Assembly: GCF_001457615.1 (NCBI RefSeq)
Contig: NZ_LN831024.1
Coordinates: 5,790,001 to 5,822,000, forward strand
From: Pseudomonas aeruginosa
GTDB lineage: Bacteria > Pseudomonadota > Gammaproteobacteria > Pseudomonadales > Pseudomonadaceae
Direction of reading: 5' to 3'
DNA length: 32,000 nucleotides
Shown here: piece after piece, positions 8,973 through 20,200 of the stretch
How the letters are laid out: the number at the start of each line of letters is the position of its first letter
How positions within the stretch are numbered: position 1 is the stretch's first letter
The notes under the pieces: generated by a model
Seen by the model: only the letters and a program-made list of their open reading frames with translations
What the model was told of the DNA's origin: nothing
Databases searched by the model: none
Translations under genes and position numbers: made by a program

Positions 8973-10333
8973 ATGTCCGCAATTTTCGCTGAACGTGCGT
9001 TGCTGCCGGAAGGCTGGGCGCGAAATGTCCGTTTCGAGATTTCCGCGGACGGAGTCCTCACCGAGATTCGTCCCGACGCCAACGCCGACGGCGCCGAACG
9101 CCTCGGCGGCGCCGTGCTGCCGGGGATGCCCAACCTCCATTCGCACGCGTTCCAGCGCGCCATGGCCGGGCTCGCCGAAGTCGCCGGCAATCCCAACGAC
9201 AGTTTCTGGACCTGGCGCGAGCTGATGTACCGGATGGTCGCTCGGCTGTCGCCGGAACAGATCGAGGTCATCGCCCGCCAGCTCTATATCGAGATGCTCA
9301 AGGCCGGCTACACGGCGGTGGCGGAATTCCACTACGTCCATCACGACCTCGACGGCCGCTCCTACGCCGACCCCGCCGAACTTTCCCTGCGCATCTCCCG
9401 CGCCGCCAGCGCCGCCGGCATCGGCCTGACCCTGCTTCCCGTGCTTTACAGCCACGCAGGCTTCGGCGGCCAGCCGGCCAGCGAGGGCCAGCGGCGCTTC
9501 ATCAATGGCAGCGAGGCCTACCTGGAACTGCTCCAGCGCCTGCGCGCGCCGCTGGACGCGGCAGGCCACTCCTTAGGCCTGTGCTTCCACTCCCTGCGCG
9601 CGGTGACTCCGCAGCAGATCGCCACGGTCCTCGCCGCCGGCCACGGCGACCTGCCGGTCCACATCCATATCGCCGAACAGCAGAAGGAAGTCGATGACTG
9701 CCTGGCCTGGAGCGGACGCCGGCCGTTGCAATGGCTGTACGAGAACGTCGCGGTCGACCAGCGCTGGTGCCTGGTCCATGCGACCCACGCCGCCCCGGCG
9801 AGGTGGCGGCGATGGCGCGTAGCGGCGCGGTGGCCGGCCTGTGCCTGAGCACCGAGGCCAACCTCGGCGACGGCATCTTCCCGGCGACGGACTTCCTCGC
9901 CCAGGGCGGGCGCCTGGGCATCGGCTCGGACAGCCACGTCTCGCTCAGCGTGGTCGAGGAACTCCGCTGGCTGGAATACGGCCAGCGCCTGCGCGACCGG
10001 AAACGCAACCGGCTGCACCGCGACGACCAGCCGATGATCGGCCGCACGCTCTACGACGCTGCGCTGGCTGGCGGCGCCCAGGCCCTTGGGCAGCCGATCG
10101 GTAGCCTCGCCGTGGGCCGCCGCGCCGACCTGCTGGTGCTCGACGGCAACGACCCCTACCTGGCCAGCGCCGAGGGCGACGCCCTGCTCAACCGCTGGCT
10201 GTTCGCCGGCGGCGACCGCCAGGTGCGCGACGTGATGGTGGCCGGCAGATGGGTGGTGCGCGACGGCCGGCATGCCGGGGAAGAACGCAGCGCACGGGCG
10301 TTCGTCCAGGTGCTGGGGGAACTGCTCGACTGA
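8973..10333 (+). pseudogene. hutF: Formiminoglutamate deiminase, interrupted by an apparent 1-nt deletion
   Basis: N-terminal part (MSAIFAERALLPEGWARNVRFEI... to CLVHATHA, stop at 9848) and C-terminal part (...EVAAMARSGAVAGLCLSTEANLGDGIFPATDFLAQGGRLGIGSDSH..., ending 10333) lie in different frames; 1361 nt becomes 1362 nt (453 aa) if one base is restored near 9792. Confidence 0.85.
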
Positions 10334-10449
10334 CCCTGCGCAGCGGCGGACAACCGCGTTGCGCTTATCCGCCCCACTCGTTCGAGCCGTCGGGCGCTAA
10401 ACGCCGATACTTCCCACGCCAGCCGCCAGGCGTGAACGGCGCTGGAAAG

Positions 10450-10471
10450 AAAAAACGCCCCGGCGGGCGTT
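10450..10471 (-). terminator. Intrinsic terminator downstream of blc
   Basis: Reverse strand AACGCCC-GCCG-GGGCGTT-TTTTCTTT hairpin plus T-tract directly after the stop codon. Confidence 0.8.
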
Positions 10472-10474
10472 CCT

Positions 10475-11044
10475 TCACTGGCTCCGCTTCAACTGGCCGT
10501 CGGGTACCCGCCAGATCAGTTCGTCCACCGCGTAACCGCGGCTGCGAGCTTCTTCCAGCAGACGTTCGCGGGTCTGCTGCGAAACCTGCGGGGTACGCGA
10601 CAGCAGCCACAGGTATTCACGGTTCGGATTGCCCACCAGCGCGGTACGGTAGTCGTCGTCCACCGCCAGCACCCAATAGTCGCCGCGCGCCACGTTGGGG
10701 AAGAGATTGGCGAACCAGTTGTCGAAGCGCACCCACAACTTGTCGGTGCGACCCGGCTGCTGGGCGACCGCCCGCCCCGCCACCTGCTCCCAGTCGCCAT
10801 CCAGGGTCAGGCAGCGATTGATCACCTGGATGCTCTGGTCTTCCTGCAAGCGGTAATGCGCCTCCGATTGCGCGCAGTTGCGCTGGAAGAACATCGGCAA
10901 GCGCGCCAGTTCGTACCAGGTGCCCTGGTAGCGCTGGAGGTCGACCTGCTCGGTGGCCGGCGGATTCTTCGGCGAGCCCGCGCAACCGACCAGCAGCAAG
11001 CCCAGCCACAGGGTGCAGAGCACCCGGATCGGCAGACCGATCAC
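10475..11044 (-). CDS. blc: Outer-membrane lipocalin Blc-like lipoprotein
   Basis: 189 aa from GTG; lipobox LLLVGCAG; lipocalin motifs YQGTWYELARLPMFFQ and GDYWVLAVDDDYRTALVGNPNREYLWLLSRTP. Confidence 0.92.
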   Translation of the reverse strand: MIGLPIRVLCTLWLGLLLVGCAGSPKNPPATEQVDLQRYQGTWYELARLPMFFQRNCAQSEAHYRLQEDQSIQVINRCLTLDGDWEQVAGRAVAQQPGRTDKLWVRFDNWFANLFPNVARGDYWVLAVDDDYRTALVGNPNREYLWLLSRTPQVSQQTRERLLEEARSRGYAVDELIWRVPDGQLKRSQ

Positions 11045-11298
11045 TTGAGCCCCTGGCCGGAGAAGAGCAGCGCCTTGTCGGCCGCGTACTGCACGCTGAT
11101 GAAAGCCTTCTCGTCGCCCCAGGTGCAACTGGACATGCCCAGCGCGCCGGAGCACTCGGTGGGCTTGCCGAGGATCGCCTCGACCTCGGCCTTGCTCATG
11201 CCGGCCTTGAGCTTGGAATAGTTTTCCTGGTTGATCTTGCTGCAGGCGGCCAGGACGACGCAGAAAGCGACCACGGCCAGGGTACGGAACGACGCCAT
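11041..11298 (-). CDS. Small lipoprotein, SmpA/BamE-like fold likely
   Basis: 85 aa MASFRTLAVVAFCVVLAACSKINQENYSKLKAGMSKAEVEAILGKP...; lipobox VLAACS; stop/start overlap with blc. Confidence 0.75.
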   Translation of the reverse strand: MASFRTLAVVAFCVVLAACSKINQENYSKLKAGMSKAEVEAILGKPTECSGALGMSSCTWGDEKAFISVQYAADKALLFSGQGLK

Positions 11299-11370
11299 GA
11301 GGAACTCCTTGTTCGGGGGAAGCGCTGCCCTACAGCTTGGCACACGCGGGGGAAATCCGGAGCCTTGGAG

Positions 11371-11973
11371 TCAGAAACGCGAACCGGGTTCCCTGAGGAA
11401 CGCCGTCTCCTCCTCGCTGGAGGGGCGGCCGAGAATGGCGTTGCGATGGGGAAAGCGACCGAAGCGGGCGACTACCGCATGATGCCGCTCGGCATAGTCG
11501 TAGAAATCGTCGAAGGGCTTGCGCACGCTGCCACCGACCTGATCGCGCAGGTCGCGGAAGCAGGCTACCGCCCGCTCCTGGCTGGGCAGGTCCTCGGCGT
11601 GCTCCAGGACCAGGTAGGCGAACACCCGGCGCACCGGCGGCAACTGGCGGTCGAAGCCTTTTTCCAGGCCCTCGCGCACCACCCGTTGCGCCCGGGCGTC
11701 GCCGGCGTAGGCGCGCGGCGTGTCGCGGTAGATCATCCGCGGCAACTGGTCGAGCAACAGGATCAGCGCCAGCCAGCCATCGGCCTCGGCCGTCCACTCC
11801 TGCAAGCCGCCGTCCAGCGCCTGGTTCACCAGGTCGCCGAAACGGCCGCCGGCATCGGCGTCCTGGCAGACGTTCTTGCCGAACCACAGGCCGTTGCGCT
11901 GGGCAACCACCTCGGCGGCATCGCTGGAGGTGCCGAACCACCAGTCGAGCAAGGTCTCCCAGGGCGCGCTCAT
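11371..11973 (-). CDS. DUF924 family protein
   Basis: 200 aa MSAPWETLLDWWFGTSSDAAEVVAQRNGLWFGKN... with LILLLDQLPRMIYRDTPRAYAGD and FAYLVLEHAEDL typical of DUF924. Confidence 0.8.
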   Translation of the reverse strand: MSAPWETLLDWWFGTSSDAAEVVAQRNGLWFGKNVCQDADAGGRFGDLVNQALDGGLQEWTAEADGWLALILLLDQLPRMIYRDTPRAYAGDARAQRVVREGLEKGFDRQLPPVRRVFAYLVLEHAEDLPSQERAVACFRDLRDQVGGSVRKPFDDFYDYAERHHAVVARFGRFPHRNAILGRPSSEEETAFLREPGSRF

Positions 11974-11977
11974 CGGC

Positions 11978-12988
11978 CTACTCCGCGTGGTAGCCGGTGA
12001 TGCGCTCGACTTCCTGCTTCGAGCCGAGGAACACCGCGACACGCTGGTGCAGGTTCTCCGGCTTGATGTCGAGGATGCGCTGGGTGCCGTTGGTGGCGGC
12101 GCCGCCGGCCTGCTCGATGATGAACGACATCGGGTTGGCTTCGTACATCAGGCGCAGCTTGCCGGGCTTCTCCGGCTCGCGGGCGTCGCGCGGGTACATG
12201 AAGACGCCGCCACGGGTCAGGATGCGGTGGACGTCGGCGACCATCGAGGCGATCCAGCGCATGTTGTAGTTCTTGCCCAGCGGGCCTTCCTTGCCGGCCA
12301 GCAGTTCTTCCACGTAGCGTTTCACCGGCGCTTCCCAGTGGCGCTGGTTGGACATGTTGATGGCGAACTCGGCGGTGCTTTCCGGCACGCTGATGTTGTC
12401 GTGGGTGAGGACGAAGCTGCCCAGCTCGCGATCCAGGGTGAAGCCCTTGACGCCATTGCCGAGGGTCAGCATCAGCATGGTCTGCGGGCCGTAGATGGCG
12501 TAGCCGGCGGCGACCTGGGTGGTGCCCGGCTGGAGGAAGGCTTCCTCGCGCAGGGTATCGTTCTGGTTCAGGTACTCGTTGGGGCAGCGCAGCACCGAGA
12601 AGATGGTGCCGACCGAGACGTTGACGTCGATGTTGCTGGAGCCGTCCAGCGGGTCGAAGACCAACAGGTAGGCGCCTTTCGGATAGCGCCCCGGAATCTG
12701 GTAGGGGTGGTCCATCTCCTCGGAGGCCATGCCGGCCAGGTTGCCGGCCCATTCGTTGGCTTCCAGCAGGATCTCGTTGGACATCACGTCCAGCTTCTTC
12801 TGCACCTCGCCCTGCACGTTCTCGGTGCCCATGCTGCCGAGCACGCCGCCCAGCGCGCCCTTGGACACCGCATGGCTGATTTCCTTGCAGGCACGCGCCA
12901 CGACCTCGATGAGGAAGCGCAGGTCGGCCGGGGTGTTGTGGCTGCGGGTCTGCTCGATCAGATAGCGGCTCAGGGTAACGCGGGACAT
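11978..12988 (-). CDS. fbp: Class I fructose-1,6-bisphosphatase
   Basis: 336 aa [20 protein letters not shown]...; [16 protein letters not shown] active-site motif; GGVFMYPRD. Confidence 0.97.
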   Translation of the reverse strand: MSRVTLSRYLIEQTRSHNTPADLRFLIEVVARACKEISHAVSKGALGGVLGSMGTENVQGEVQKKLDVMSNEILLEANEWAGNLAGMASEEMDHPYQIPGRYPKGAYLLVFDPLDGSSNIDVNVSVGTIFSVLRCPNEYLNQNDTLREEAFLQPGTTQVAAGYAIYGPQTMLMLTLGNGVKGFTLDRELGSFVLTHDNISVPESTAEFAINMSNQRHWEAPVKRYVEELLAGKEGPLGKNYNMRWIASMVADVHRILTRGGVFMYPRDAREPEKPGKLRLMYEANPMSFIIEQAGGAATNGTQRILDIKPENLHQRVAVFLGSKQEVERITGYHAE

Positions 12989-13127
12989 GGATGGCTCCGG
13001 AGAGAGGAAAAAACCCGCGCAGTTTAACGCGGAATTGGCGGTCACGCTTGACTCCGCGCAACCGCCGGTTGGAGATCGGCGGCGGTGGCGCGGTTCATTT
13101 CCGCGGCGCGCAGCCGATCGACGGTCG

Positions 13128-13658
13128 TCAGCCGCGTCCCATCTCGCCGTTCAGGCTGGCCTGGACGATTTCCACCCAGTAGCCGTCGGGATCGCTGATG
13201 AAGGCCACGTTCTTCATGCCTCGGTCCAGCGGCTTGACGAAGTTCACCCCGAGCGTCTCGAAACGCTCGCAGGCCGCCACCAGGTCGGGCACCGAGAAGC
13301 AGATGTGGCCGAACCCGCGCGGGTCCTGGTTGCCGTTGTGGTACTGGCTGTCGTCGCTCTCGCTGCCCCAGTTGTGGGTCAGCTCGAGGACCGACTGGCG
13401 TCCGAAGGTATATCGCTGGCGCTCGTCAACCGCATCAGGCACTTCTTCGCCACGGGTCATGGCGAGGAAATACAGGGAGAAGCGGCCTTCCTCGAAATCC
13501 AGGCGACGCAGCAGGCGCATGCCGAGCACCCGCGAGTAGAAGTCGAGCGAGCGCTTCGGATCCTTGACCCGCAACATGGTGTGGTTGAACACGTATTCCT
13601 GGGTGATGGCGTCCGGCTCCATGCAGATGCCGGGCTGTACTTCGGTGTTGAAACTCAT
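13128..13658 (-). CDS. gloA: Lactoylglutathione lyase (glyoxalase I), VOC family
   Basis: 176 aa; [32 protein letters not shown] and [11 protein letters not shown] ... [10 protein letters not shown]. Confidence 0.93.
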   Translation of the reverse strand: MSFNTEVQPGICMEPDAITQEYVFNHTMLRVKDPKRSLDFYSRVLGMRLLRRLDFEEGRFSLYFLAMTRGEEVPDAVDERQRYTFGRQSVLELTHNWGSESDDSQYHNGNQDPRGFGHICFSVPDLVAACERFETLGVNFVKPLDRGMKNVAFISDPDGYWVEIVQASLNGEMGRG

Positions 13659-13775
13659 CGGGCGATTCCCTCGAACGAAACGGATCGGCAGTGTATGGCG
13701 GTCGACCGGGCGGCGAGTAACAGCGGGGTACTACTCTCTTGATGCCGGCGCGCGCCGATCGTTCCGTCGACGGGA

Positions 13776-13811
13776 AACGCGACCGGCGCCGACCGGGCGC
13801 CGGCCGCCGTT
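13776..13811 (-). terminator. Hairpin downstream of estA, possible terminator with a weak T-tract
   Basis: Reverse strand AACGGCGGCCGGCGCC-CGGTC-GGCGCCGGTCGCGTTT, GC-rich stem directly after the stop codon. Confidence 0.5.
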
Positions 13812-15752
13812 TCAGAAGTCCAGGCTCAGCGCCAGGCTGACGCTCTGCTGGGTATCGTCCTCGCCCTTGCGCCAGTTGTAGCCGCCGCGCAGCGACAGCT
13901 CCGGCGCCAGCTTCTGGCTGAAGCCGAGTGAGACGCGGTTGAGATGGTCCTGCGGGGTGTAGCCTTCGAGGGTGAAGCGATTGCCCGGCAGGCTGTTGAG
14001 GGACATGGTCAGGTCCTGGGTGTCGTCCTCGTACTCACGTTCGTGGGCGTACTCGGCGAACAGCTGGGTATCGCTGCCGAACGCGTACTTGCCTTGCAGG
14101 CCGGCGCCCAGGCGCTTCGAGCTGCGCTTCTGGTCGTCGTAGTCGAGCGCGGTGGCGCTGGCGCCCTTCTCGGAATAGCCGTCGACCTCGACCCGTGCAT
14201 AGTCGGCGCTGACGAACGGCGACAGGTGCCAGGGACTGTCGGCCTGCTGGGCGATGTCGTAGCCCAGGCGCGCGCTGAACGCCCACAGGTGGCCGTTGGT
14301 GTCGCCTTTCTCGCTGCGCTCGCCGCCGCCCAGGGCGAACTTGCGCTTCAGGTCGTCGTAGTCGAGGTAGCCGCCGGTCAACGCCGCGTCGGCCCACCAG
14401 CGGTTTTCCTGGTACTGCACGAAGGCGCTGGCCATGTAGCTGTTCATCCGGTAGTCGGAATCCTTGGCGCCGGCTTCCAGCTTCTGCCGGTAGAAACCGG
14501 CGGCGACCCCGGCGCGCCAGGCCTCGTCGATGCGGTAGCTGCCACCAAGGGTCAGGTTGTAGCCGTTGCCGTCGCCGCTGGCGGCGCTGTCCTGGGAGTC
14601 GAAGTCCAGGCGCTGGCCACCGCCGCCGACGAAGCCGCGCCACTGGCCGACGTTCTGCCAGTTCTCCCAGTCCGCCTGCCACTGGCTGCGCAGTTCGTCC
14701 TGGTAGGCACGCAGGGTGCCGTGGGCCATTTCCGGCAGCAGGGTCAGCTCCCAGGGCGCCGACAGCAGCGAATAGGTGTAGTCGGCGATCAGGCGCTGGC
14801 CGGTGATGGTCGGGTGCACGCTGTCGTTGAACAGCAGTTTGCTCGGGTCGGGCGTGCTGCCGTTGATCCCGTAGGTCGGGTTCATGGTACAGCCGTTGCC
14901 GCTGAAACAGGTGCCGATCAGGTTCTGGTCGGCGGCCAGGCCGAAGGAAGCCGGGTTGGCCATGCCTTCCTTGAGCAGCAGCGGGATGTTCAACGGAATG
15001 ACGTTGGCGCCGGCCTGGCTCAACTGGGCGGTCAGCTCGGCGTTGAACGTGCCGCTGAGTTGGCTGGCGAAAGGCTGCAAGGGACCACCGAAGGTAGCCG
15101 GGGTCAGGCCCAGGTCGGGCAACAGCCAGACCACGATGTAGCGCGCGCCGGCCTGCTGCAGGGCCTGCACGCTATCCACCAGGCGACCGGCGGCCTGTTG
15201 TGCCTGGAGGTCGTTGAGGATGCGCCCCTGGAGGAAGTCGTTGCCGCCGCCGGTGATGTAGTACAACGCGTTCGGATCGGCACCCAGGCCCTGGCGGGCA
15301 CGGTCCACCAGGTAGCCATCGCGGCTGCGCAGGAGGGTATTGTCGCGCTCGATCAGCGAGCCGTTGGCCGCGGTGATCGAGTCGTAGATCTGGTCGGTCC
15401 GGTAGCCGCCCACCGCCCAGTTGTTGCCGTCGGCGATGCCCTGCTGGGCGTTGACCGGCGAGGTCGAGGCAGCCAGGTCGCCCGGGGCGATGCCGAGCTG
15501 ATTGCCGAGCAGCATGGGCGCGGTCGGTCCGAAGATCTCGCCGCTGCCGTTCTGGTAGGTCGGGCCGACCCGGTTGGTGAAACGCGAGGTGCTTCCGGCG
15601 GGGCCGGCAGGATCGGGGAACTGCCCGGCATCGCTGAGGCTGTCGCCGAACACCACCAGCGTCGAATAGGGCGAAGGAGCAGCCTGCGGGGCGGTGGACA
15701 GCGAAGCCAGCAGGCAGGCCGCTACCAGTGGCTTGAGCGCCATTCTGATCAT
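13812..15752 (-). CDS. estA: GDSL esterase autotransporter
   Basis: 646 aa from [26 protein letters not shown]; [16 protein letters not shown], later [12 protein letters not shown]; C-terminal barrel ending VSLALSLDF. Confidence 0.95.
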   Translation of the reverse strand: MIRMALKPLVAACLLASLSTAPQAAPSPYSTLVVFGDSLSDAGQFPDPAGPAGSTSRFTNRVGPTYQNGSGEIFGPTAPMLLGNQLGIAPGDLAASTSPVNAQQGIADGNNWAVGGYRTDQIYDSITAANGSLIERDNTLLRSRDGYLVDRARQGLGADPNALYYITGGGNDFLQGRILNDLQAQQAAGRLVDSVQALQQAGARYIVVWLLPDLGLTPATFGGPLQPFASQLSGTFNAELTAQLSQAGANVIPLNIPLLLKEGMANPASFGLAADQNLIGTCFSGNGCTMNPTYGINGSTPDPSKLLFNDSVHPTITGQRLIADYTYSLLSAPWELTLLPEMAHGTLRAYQDELRSQWQADWENWQNVGQWRGFVGGGGQRLDFDSQDSAASGDGNGYNLTLGGSYRIDEAWRAGVAAGFYRQKLEAGAKDSDYRMNSYMASAFVQYQENRWWADAALTGGYLDYDDLKRKFALGGGERSEKGDTNGHLWAFSARLGYDIAQQADSPWHLSPFVSADYARVEVDGYSEKGASATALDYDDQKRSSKRLGAGLQGKYAFGSDTQLFAEYAHEREYEDDTQDLTMSLNSLPGNRFTLEGYTPQDHLNRVSLGFSQKLAPELSLRGGYNWRKGEDDTQQSVSLALSLDF

Positions 15753-15860
15753 TCTCTTACTCCGTGATTTGTTTTTATTGTCGGGCCGCCGCGTCGTCGG
15801 CATGCGCCCCGGGGCCCGTCGTAAAGCCTCCTCAGCCGAACAGCATAGCGCGGAACCGGC

Positions 15861-17255
15861 TCATGGCTTGTTCGGCGAGGAACGCAGCAGGCTCATTGCC
15901 ATTATTACCAGCAGAGCGACCCCCAGCAGAAGTACCGCCCACAGGCCGATCTTCTTCCAGTCGCTACCCGGTGCCGGCGCCGCGGCCGCCATGGCCACCT
16001 CCAGCGGTTCGCCCAGGCTGGCGCTACCCAGGGTGGCGCGCTTGCTCTCGGTATAGCCGGGAATCAGTACGCCGAGCGGCAGCGCCGCCGACTGCGCGCC
16101 GGGCTTGCCGAACGCCAGCCGGTACGGCGGGCTGCCGCGCACCAGGAACACCAGTTCGCTGGCCGGCAAGCCGACACTCAGGGACGGGACCTCCGGGCCC
16201 AGGCCGGTACCTCGTTGGTCCACCTGCAGACGCAGCTCGCGCACCGCCCAGCCCGGCAGTTCCAGCTCGTTCTGCCGTACGTTGCGGCCGTCGATCGGCA
16301 GCCGGTAGAGAACCCCGCGTGCCAGGCTGCTCCAGGCGGCCTCCCGGCGCGGCGAAGCGTTCTCCGTACGATCACGGCCGGACAGTTCCACCGGGACGAT
16401 GGTGTGGGTCAGCGCCTGCTCCAGGGACACCCGCACCCGCTGCAACGGCAACGCCAGCGGCAACTGCCAGCGGTACTCGCCGTCCCCCGCCTGGCGCCCG
16501 GCCAGCGGCTCGGACCAGATCATCGGCGCCGGCTCGGTGCTCCGCGTGCTGCCTTGCAGGCGGGCGCCTTGGAGGTCTGCCGCGGTTGCCCCGGCCGGCC
16601 AGGCCAGACGCAGGTAGCGGGCCTGGCGGCCGGGAAGCTTGACCTCGCTGACGTCGATGCGTTCGCCGTTGAAGGTCAAGCGGGCGATCTGTCCGTCACC
16701 CCAGGCCTGCCAATGCTCGAGGTCGTCGCTGGCTTCCACGGAGAAGCGCTGGAAGCCCTCCTCCGGGCTGCTCCAGTCCAGCCGCAGGCGCTCCAGGGGA
16801 AACGTCACCGCGCTCGCGTCGATCAGCCAGCCGCGCAAAGTCTCGGCAGCCGGCCCGGCGTTTTCCGGCAGCACCTCGACTATGGTGCCGCTGGTGTTGC
16901 GCTGCACCCGCAGGTTCGGTTGCGTCGCGTCGGCGGCGGACGTGCCTCGCAACGGGAACAGCCGCACCTCGGCCTCATGCGGCGTGCTGGCCTGGCGCTC
17001 GCTGCCGGCCACCAGGGCGTAGGGCAAGGCCTCGCCTTCGGCATCGAAGACCCGCAGGTCGCGCAGGTCGGCATGGGCAGCCGACAACTGCACGCTCATC
17101 GGGATGCTCAGGCGATACCAGGGACCTTCGCCCTGCAGCGACAGCGCCACCTGGCGGCTGAAACCTTCGGCAGACTCCTTCGCCGACAGCGGCAGGGACA
17201 GGCAGGCGCCCAGCAGGAGCAGGCCGGCGGTTCTGAACGAAAAGGAGCGCGTCAT
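15861..17255 (-). CDS. DUF3999 family protein
   Basis: 464 aa from MTRSFSFRTAGLLLLGACLSLPLSAKESAEGFSRQVALSL; signal peptide and C-terminal TM (WKKIGLWAVLLLGVALLVIMAMSLL). Confidence 0.75.
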   Translation of the reverse strand: MTRSFSFRTAGLLLLGACLSLPLSAKESAEGFSRQVALSLQGEGPWYRLSIPMSVQLSAAHADLRDLRVFDAEGEALPYALVAGSERQASTPHEAEVRLFPLRGTSAADATQPNLRVQRNTSGTIVEVLPENAGPAAETLRGWLIDASAVTFPLERLRLDWSSPEEGFQRFSVEASDDLEHWQAWGDGQIARLTFNGERIDVSEVKLPGRQARYLRLAWPAGATAADLQGARLQGSTRSTEPAPMIWSEPLAGRQAGDGEYRWQLPLALPLQRVRVSLEQALTHTIVPVELSGRDRTENASPRREAAWSSLARGVLYRLPIDGRNVRQNELELPGWAVRELRLQVDQRGTGLGPEVPSLSVGLPASELVFLVRGSPPYRLAFGKPGAQSAALPLGVLIPGYTESKRATLGSASLGEPLEVAMAAAAPAPGSDWKKIGLWAVLLLGVALLVIMAMSLLRSSPNKP

Positions 17256-20200
17256 GGCTGCTCGGCCTCCGATGCGACCTCGGCGCGACGCGGAGGCAAG
17301 GGTGAGAAGTAGCCGACGACCAGCAACAGGACGCCGACCCCGATGAAGGAGATGATTCGCTCCAGGCTGCCACTGTTGCCCAGCTCGACGAAGAACAGCT
17401 TGACCACCACGACGCCGACCAGCGCCGCGCCGACCATCCACAGGTCGCGCCGGCCGAGACGGGTACCGGCGATGGTCAGGCCCAGCGCACAGAGCGTCCA
17501 GACCAGCGACAGCCCCGCCTGCACCAGCATCGACGCGGCCAGCGCCTCGGCCTGGAACGGTACGCCGGCCAGGTGGTGCGCGGCGCGGCACACCGCCAGG
17601 GTCAGCAGGGCGAACAGCGAGGCGCCGGCCAACGCCTGGCGCCCCAGGCGCGCGCTGGCATTGCCATCGACGAGCGAGGCCAGGCTGGCGTCGCTCCAGC
17701 GGTAGAGGGCGAACAGCACGATCAGCAGCCCCAGTTCCAGCGGGTTGGCCAGCGGCAGGTAAGGCAGCGGCTCGGCAGCGCCGTCGCTGAGCAGGTTGGC
17801 GCTCCAGAACCAGCCGAGCAGCAACAGCGCCACCGGCGCAGCGGCGAGCAGCCGATACTCCCGCGGGAAGTCGCGCAGCGGCCAGGGCAGGCTCCGCCCG
17901 CCAGCCACCAGCAGCAGGTAGGCGCTCGGGACCAACGCCCAGCCCAGCCAACGCCAGGCGTTGTACTGTTCGGCGAGCAGGGCGAACAGGTAGCGCAGCT
18001 CCAGCGCCAGCACCCCTAGCAACAGCCAGCAACCGAGCACATGGGCAACGCTCAGGGCCTTCGCCGGCAGCAACGGGGCAAGGCGTCGCAGCGACAGCAG
18101 GTGCGTGGCGAACAGCAGCGGCCAGGCCAGCCAGCCGAATTCGCCGAACGGCTGGTAATCGAAACGCCAGGCACTGGCCAGGGCCAACAGCGCCACCGGG
18201 ACCAGCGCCAGGCACAGCAGGGCCAGTTCGCGCCAGCGCTCGCGCAGCGCCAGCAGCATCCACGACGCCACTGTCGCCGCGGCCACCAGCAGCAACGCAT
18301 GCTCGCGCAGGCCATAAGGCACGAAGCGGACGGTTTCGCACAGCGCGGTCAGCGCCCACCAGCCGGCTCCCCAGAGCAGCAGCAAGTGCGACAGCTCGGC
18401 CAGGCCGAGGGTACCGATACCCAGCGCCCGCTCGCGCTCGCCGGCGCGGCGCAGCCGCCAGGCGCCGACCAGCGCCGCCAGGGCCAGCACTGCCGGCGTC
18501 CAGAACCCGGAATGGGCCAGGGGCCGCAGGCCTTCGCCGCTCAGCGAGCCGAACAGCGACGGCCCGGCGAGGAGGAACGCCAGGCCGCCCACTACCTGCA
18601 AGGCGAGGCCGAAGTAGAAGCTCAGGCGCTGGCGCAGCACCAGGCTCAGCCAGATGATCAGCAGCCCGCTACCGGCCCATACCGCGCTGGCGCTGCGCCA
18701 AGGCAGGACGAACAGCACTGCCAGGTTGACGAACGCCAGACCGGCCAGCAGCACCAGGCTCAAGCCCATGAGCAGCCGACTGTCGTCCTTCACCAGCGGG
18801 TCGCGCGCCGCCAGCAGCATGCCGCCGATCAGCGCCAGGCCAATCAGCGAGGCGGTCATCAAGCCACGCCAGCCCGAGTCGAATACCCCACCCTGGCCAT
18901 CGCCGCCCTGCAAATGCAGGAGGAACAGCGCACCGCCCAGCAGTTGCACGGCGAAGGCGCAGAACAGGAAGGTACGCGAGCCCAGGCGCAAGCCGGCGAA
19001 CAAGCTCGCCAGGCCGGCCACGGCCCAGGCGATGGCGGTGCTGTCGACGGCCAGGCAGAGCGGTGCGACCAGGTAGAGGAAGGCCAGGCCGGCGGCCGCC
19101 AGCAACGGCCGGCAGGCCGGCTCCCAGTCGGCCAGCGCTTTCGCCGGCGCGCGACGCAGCTGCCAGAAGCTGAACAGCGCCGCCGCACCGAGCATCAGCG
19201 CGCCCAGCGGCGAACCCTCCAGCAACGTCGTCTCACCCGGGCGCACGCCATTCAGGTAGGCCAACGCCGCACCGCCCTGCAACAGCAGGGCGAAGAGCCG
19301 CGCCAGGCGGCGTTGCTGGTGCAGGCCGAGCCAGTAGATGCCGGCGCCCTCGACGGCCCAGGCGGCCGAGGTCCAGCGCGCGTCCAGGCCGAGCGGAATG
19401 GCCAGGGTGCCGAAGACCACCCCCAGCGCCAGGCAGATTTCCACCAGCAGGCTGGTGCGTCCGGCCGAAGCATGGCCGCGCAGCACCCGCGCCAGGACCA
19501 TGTAGAAGAGCCCCAGGGCCAGGGCGCTGAAGGCCATGCCGAAGTCGATGTGGCCGATCACCGCGCATTGCAGGCCGAACCCCACCAGTGGCGGGCCGAA
19601 CAGCACGGTGGCGTCGATGTAGTCGGCCTGTCGCGCCGACCAGCGCAGCAGTTCGCCGCGCTCGGCAGGCGCCTGCGCGGCCTCCAGCAGCTTGCGGCGG
19701 GCGAAGAGCAGGCCGATCCCGACGTACATCAGGAAGAACAGGGCCAGGAACGGCTCGGTGCTGGCGAACAGCTCCGGTGTATAGGAGCGCAGTCCCCAGG
19801 CGAAGCCGATGCCGAAGGTGCCGACGAATCCGACCAGGTTGAGCGGCCGCCAGGCGCGGAACCAGGCGATGGCGAAGATGCCGGCGTTGAGCAGGGCGAA
19901 GTAGCTGAACAGCGCTACATGGTTGCCGCTGCCGGTGGAGGTCAGGATCGGCGCGGCGAAGCCGCCGAGCGCCGCCACCACCGCCAGGCCCATGGCGTTC
20001 TGCAGCACGGCGAGGATCGCCGAGCAGATCGTCACCACCACCAGCAGGGCCAGCGCCGCGCCGGGAGAGATCAGCGGATGCAGGCGCATGGCGGCGAAGA
20101 TGGTCAGGTACAGCACCGCGATACCGGTGCCTTGCAGGATCAGGCCGTAGGCGGCGCGCCGCTCGCGCAACCACCAGCCGACGCCGAGCAGCGCCATCGC

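Noticed and set aside
7533-9569. 678-aa minus-strand ORF containing HutD
   Set aside because: Only the last 196 aa are HutD-like and start at a good ATG overlapping hutC; the upstream part is antisense or out-of-frame sequence of hutF and hutC.
13944-15767. 607-aa plus-strand ORF covering estA
   Set aside because: Antisense shadow of the estA coding frame.
15861-18359. 832-aa version of the DUF3999 protein
   Set aside because: The first ~368 aa are an Arg/Ala-rich out-of-frame reading of DUF2339; the signal peptide at 17255 marks the real start.
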